64,000 bases of DNA. It comes from Mobula hypostoma (Eukaryota). The translations under genes were made by a program, and so were the position numbers. The DNA lies in contig NC_086097.1 in the NCBI RefSeq assembly GCF_963921235.1, positions 10,354,001 through 10,418,000 of the forward strand, in the 5' to 3' direction. Under the pieces are notes generated by a model. It worked only from the letters and a program-made list of their open reading frames with translations. It made no database searches and was not told where the DNA came from. Numbering within the stretch: the first letter of the stretch is position 1; every line of letters starts with the position of its first letter. Shown in pieces: positions 61,077-64,000 of this stretch.

Positions 61077-61847
61077 ACCAATAGGTATTTAGGGGTTTTA
61101 ATCAATTTCCTTGAAACATGGATGTAACATTGGAATCCCAGTCCTCTAAAATTTATTCTGAGATCAGTGGAGAGGGTTGGAGGAAGCCAGAAGCTTTGAA
61201 CTTTCCAATCAATCTAAGACATGCACCATCTGCAATGTCTTCCTTCTCTGAGCACTGCTAATTTATTAAACACTTTATTTTTATTCTATCCCTTTCCTGT
61301 ACCAGCTCCTAGTTTTACAGTGACAATAATCTCATTATTTTCTTTTTGGTGACTACAAAAGCTAAACCTCTACAAGCCAATATCCTTTTTATCTTTTTGA
61401 AAACTCAATCAGTTATTGCATTCTCTATTATGTGATTTAATATTCTATTCCCATATCGTCTCAGTGGCCCTCACATCCTTTGCCAGTTCTTACAGTCAAA
61501 AACAATAGAGAATTGCGAACTGTGATCCAAAAACTGTCATTATCTCTTTTTCGGTTTCATTTTAAGTTCGACTTCTAAAAAGCTCATATCTGAACCCGCT
61601 ATACAGTAACAACACTGAGTCCTCCACTTCAATATTCATTCTAAATGGAAATGAACTTCAGAAGCAGAGTATAATGCACAGCTATTGAGACTTCGTGTGA
61701 CAACTCTAGATCTATTTCCATGCAGATGCCTTTAGTTACCTAGGGATCTTTATATACTGGTATGACAATTTGTACAAAGTTTAGCTACAACATCTTGGAA
61801 AGGCATTTCAGTGCTGTGCTCTCTGTCAAACTGAACCAGAACCTTTT

Positions 61848-62705
61848 ATCATAGAAACCATATAAACCATAGAAAAACTACAGCACAGAAACAGGCCTTT
61901 TGGCCCTTCTTGGCTGTGCCAAACCATTTTCTGCCTAGTCCCACTGACCTGCACACGGACCATATCCCTCCATACACCTCCCATCCATGTATCTGTCCAA
62001 TTTATTCTTAAATGTTAAAAAAGAACCCACATTTACCACCTCGTCTGGCAGCTCATTCCACACTCCCACCACTCTCTGTGTGAAGAAGCCCCCCCCAATG
62101 TTCCCTTTAAACTTTTCCCCCCTCACCCTAAACCCATGTCCTCTGGTTTTTTTCTCCCCTTGCCTCAGGGGAAAAAGCCTGCTTGCATTCACTCTATCTA
62201 TACTCATCATAATTTTATATACCTCTATCAAATCTCCCCTCATTCTTCCACGCTCGGAATAAAGTCCTAACCTATTCAACCTTTCTCTGTAACTGAGTTT
62301 TTCAAGTCCTGGCAACATCCTTGTAAACCTTCTCTGCACTTTTTCAACCTTATTAATATCCTTCCTGTAATTTGGTGACCAAAACTGAACACAATACTCC
62401 AGATGTGGCCTCACCAATGCCTTATACAACCTCATCATTACATTCCAGCTTTTATACTCAATACTTTAATTAATAAATGCCAATGTACAAAGAGCTCTCT
62501 TTACGACTCTATCTACCTGTGACACCACTTTTAGGGAATTTTGTATCTGTATTCCCAGATCCCGCTGTTCTACTGCGCTCCTCAGTGCCTTACCATTTAC
62601 CCTGTATGTTTGTATGTTACCTTGGTTTGTCCTTCCAAAGTGCAATACCTCACACTTATCTGTATTAAACTCCATCTGCCATTCCTCAACCCATTTTCAA
62701 GCTGG
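61848..62705 (-). mobile_element. 5'-truncated CR1 LINE
   Basis: ORF 61935-62438 with LYKALVRPHLEYCVQFWSP and FFTQRVVGVWNELP. Confidence 0.92.
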
Positions 62706-62894
62706 TCATTCAAAACTACTTTGTCATTTTTTTCATAAATACCTTAAACCTAATAATAACAACAATAATGATAATAATAGTTTTGTAGCCTGGGGAAAAG
62801 TACACACTCAGGACAACAAATACTTTTTCGGGTTTTAATTCCTTTATCTGTTTTAGACATTTAAGTGCCAGAAGAGGGTCGCAAAAGAAAACAA

Positions 62895-64000
62895 CAACGT
62901 TCCAACCTTACTCCTTCCGAACGCTCTGCTCTCCACTCCCTCTGCACTAATCCTAACCTTACTATTAAACCCGCCGATAAGGGGGGTGCTATTGTAGTCT
63001 GGCTTACTGACCTCTACCTTGCCGAGGCACAGCGACAACTCGCGGATACCTCCTCTTATTTACTGCTCGGTCGTGATCCCACGAAGGAGCACCAGGCCAT
63101 TGTCTCCCACACCATCAGCAACTTTATCCGCTCAGGGGATCTCCCATCCACTGCTACCAACCTTATAGTTCCCACACCCCGCACTTCCCGTTTCTACCTC
63201 CTACCCAAGATCCACAAACCTGCCTGTCCTGGCCGACCTATTGTCTCAGCTTGCTCCTGCCCCACCAAACTCGTTTCTGCATACCTCGACACGGTTTTAT
63301 CCCCCCTTGTTCAATCCCTTCCTACCTATGTTCGTGACACTTCTCACGCTCTTAAGCTTTTCGATAATTTTAAGTTCCCTGGCCCCCACTGCTTTATTTT
63401 CACCATGGATGTCCAGTCCCTATATACTTGATCCCCCATCAGGAAGGTCTCAAAGCTCTCCGTTTCTTTTTGGATTCCAGACCTAATGAGTTCCCCTCTA
63501 TCACCACTCTGCTCTGTCTCGCGGAATTAGTCCTTACTCTTAATAATTTCTCCTTTGGCTCCTCCCACTTCCTCCAAACTAAAGGTGTAGCTATGGGCAC
63601 CCGTATGGGTCCTAGCTATGCCTGCCTTTTTGTTGGGTTTGTGGAACAATCTGTGTTCCAAACTTATTCTGATATCCATCCCCCACTTTTCCTTCGCTAC
63701 ATCGACGACTGCATTGGCGCTGCTTCCTGCACGCGTGCTGAGCTCGTTGACTTTATTAACTTTGCCTCCAACTTTCACCCTGCCCACAAGTTTACCTGGT
63801 CCATTTCCAACACCTCCCTCCCCTTTCTAGATCTTTCTGTCTCTATCTCGGGAGACAGCTTATCCACTGATGTCTACTATAAGCCTACGGACTCTCACAG
63901 CTATCTGGACTATTCCTGTTCTCACCCTGTCTCTTGCAAAAATGCCAAACCCTTCTCGCAATTCCTCTGTCTCTGCCGCATCTGCTCTCAGGATGAGGCT
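62895..64000 (+). mobile_element. Penelope-like element (Neptune-type) RT region, runs off window end
   Basis: KPADKGG, LPKIHK, GRPIVS and MDVQSLYT motifs; 63345-64000 is highly similar to 22408-23060; disrupted near 63430. Confidence 0.93.

Overview
Eukaryotic, transposon-saturated vertebrate DNA, most likely intronic or intergenic. The repeat set (CR1 and Rex/Babar LINEs, tRNA-derived SINEs, Penelope tails beginning 'aaatgctggaggaactcagcagg') suggests a cartilaginous fish, probably a ray; this is an inference from recall, not a database result. I cannot identify any host protein-coding gene. Every long ORF with recognisable motifs is a retroelement or transposase fragment. Main content: many 5'-truncated CR1 and Rex/Babar LINEs, an RTE 3' end and RTE-derived bipartite elements, two families of Penelope-like elements (PLEs), a truncated Tc1, a Tc1-derived non-autonomous element, three solo LTRs, SINEs, a 43-bp minisatellite and simple repeats. 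Most notable: (i) minimal type-I hammerhead ribozyme cores in the PLE tails, two apparently intact (24120-24155 +, 56798-56833 -) and three decayed, in two architectures; (ii) the 43-bp array, split by a 6.9-kb four-level nest of LINE insertions; (iii) a TE-free, E-box/homeobox-dense candidate enhancer at about 36.4-37.2 kb. I found no evidence for a wholly new biological system; PLE hammerheads are a known class. Boundaries of degraded elements are approximate.
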